Shown: piece after piece, positions 63,707 to 64,000 of the stretch | Layout of the letters: every line of letters begins with the position of its first letter | Position numbering within the stretch: position 1 is the stretch's first letter | Notes under the pieces: generated by a model | What the model saw: the letters and a program-made list of their open reading frames with translations, nothing else | Database searches by the model: none | Told to the model about the DNA's origin: nothing | Origin: Candidatus Saccharimonadales bacterium | GTDB lineage: Bacteria > Patescibacteriota > Saccharimonadia > Saccharimonadales > JANWIN01 | Assembly: GCA_038231155.1 (NCBI GenBank) | Contig: JBBRLY010000014.1 | Span: 22,792-86,791, forward strand | Direction of reading: 5' to 3' | DNA: 64,000 nt | Translations under genes and position numbers: made by a program

Positions 63707-64000
63707 TACCAGGCACCTTAACAATTCGTTAACGATTAGAAACCACAACACCCATGCTTTGATACAAGAGCATGGCTCGAGGTTGGCTAATCGGCAGTCA
63801 ACAGGTGGCATTTATAGGGCACCACCCCAAAACCCTCGTACATTACATAAAAAACACCTCCCAAAACTCCACCTCACACATAAGTCTCTCAAAACTTGAT
63901 CTTAGCCAGTGAAGGAAATTCTGACTAGTTCAAAATTTCTCTTACACACTAAAGGATAAGATCATCATTCTTAAGAGCATAAAACTCTTAAGAATAAACA

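Overview
The window is a gene-dense (about 90% coding), mostly plus-strand stretch of a small-genome bacterium with roughly 40-45% GC by eye. The gene content suggests a monoderm-like, reduced-metabolism lineage such as Patescibacteria/CPR (Saccharibacteria-like). The taxon is inferred from gene content only; no search was run. All family calls rest on motifs I recognise by eye, not on BLAST or HMM.

The backbone is housekeeping:
- nrdJ (3' part) and a T-box leader followed by ileS.
- rplU, parA-parB, lepB, an LCP-family protein and an HtrA-like protease.
- prmC-prfA-rpmE on the minus strand.
- rpsB-tsf-frr, rseP, a CPBP protease, proS, greA and a class I lysyl-tRNA synthetase.
- msrA, serS, hpf, secA, an M16 peptidase and prfB.
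- ftsE-ftsX, a coiled-coil CHAP hydrolase and an S41 protease.
- pyrG, rpmA, xseA-xseB, recO, glyQS and mraZ.

No rRNA, tRNA, CRISPR array, transposase or integrase was seen.

Items that stand out:
1. A heliorhodopsin-like 7-TM protein (32546-33406) whose helix 7 has Tyr where the retinal Schiff-base Lys should be, and contains no Lys at all.
2. A single 8.5-kb gene (6167-14635) for a 2822-aa membrane-anchored mosaic surface protein. It combines fibre-like repeat modules, 7 LVIVD blades, 6 Kelch blades and 2 CBM-like domains, and carries near-identical intragenic DNA repeats.
3. A histidine-kinase-like / receiver-like gene pair (54353-55476) in which both phosphotransfer residues are substituted (His->Glu, Asp->Glu). 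It is translationally coupled to recO.
4. A recurrent promoter layout with a TATAAT-like box only 6-11 nt upstream of the start codon and no Shine-Dalgarno sequence, implying leaderless or near-leaderless mRNAs for many genes.
5. Smaller oddities: a Cys-free Grx/NrdH-like ORF beside nrdJ; a Pro/Gly-rich repeat ORF beside an orphan response regulator; a 4-Cys ORF where pyrH usually sits; GTGGG operator-like boxes in the mraZ promoter; and an ORF-free, G-depleted region where rsmH would be expected.
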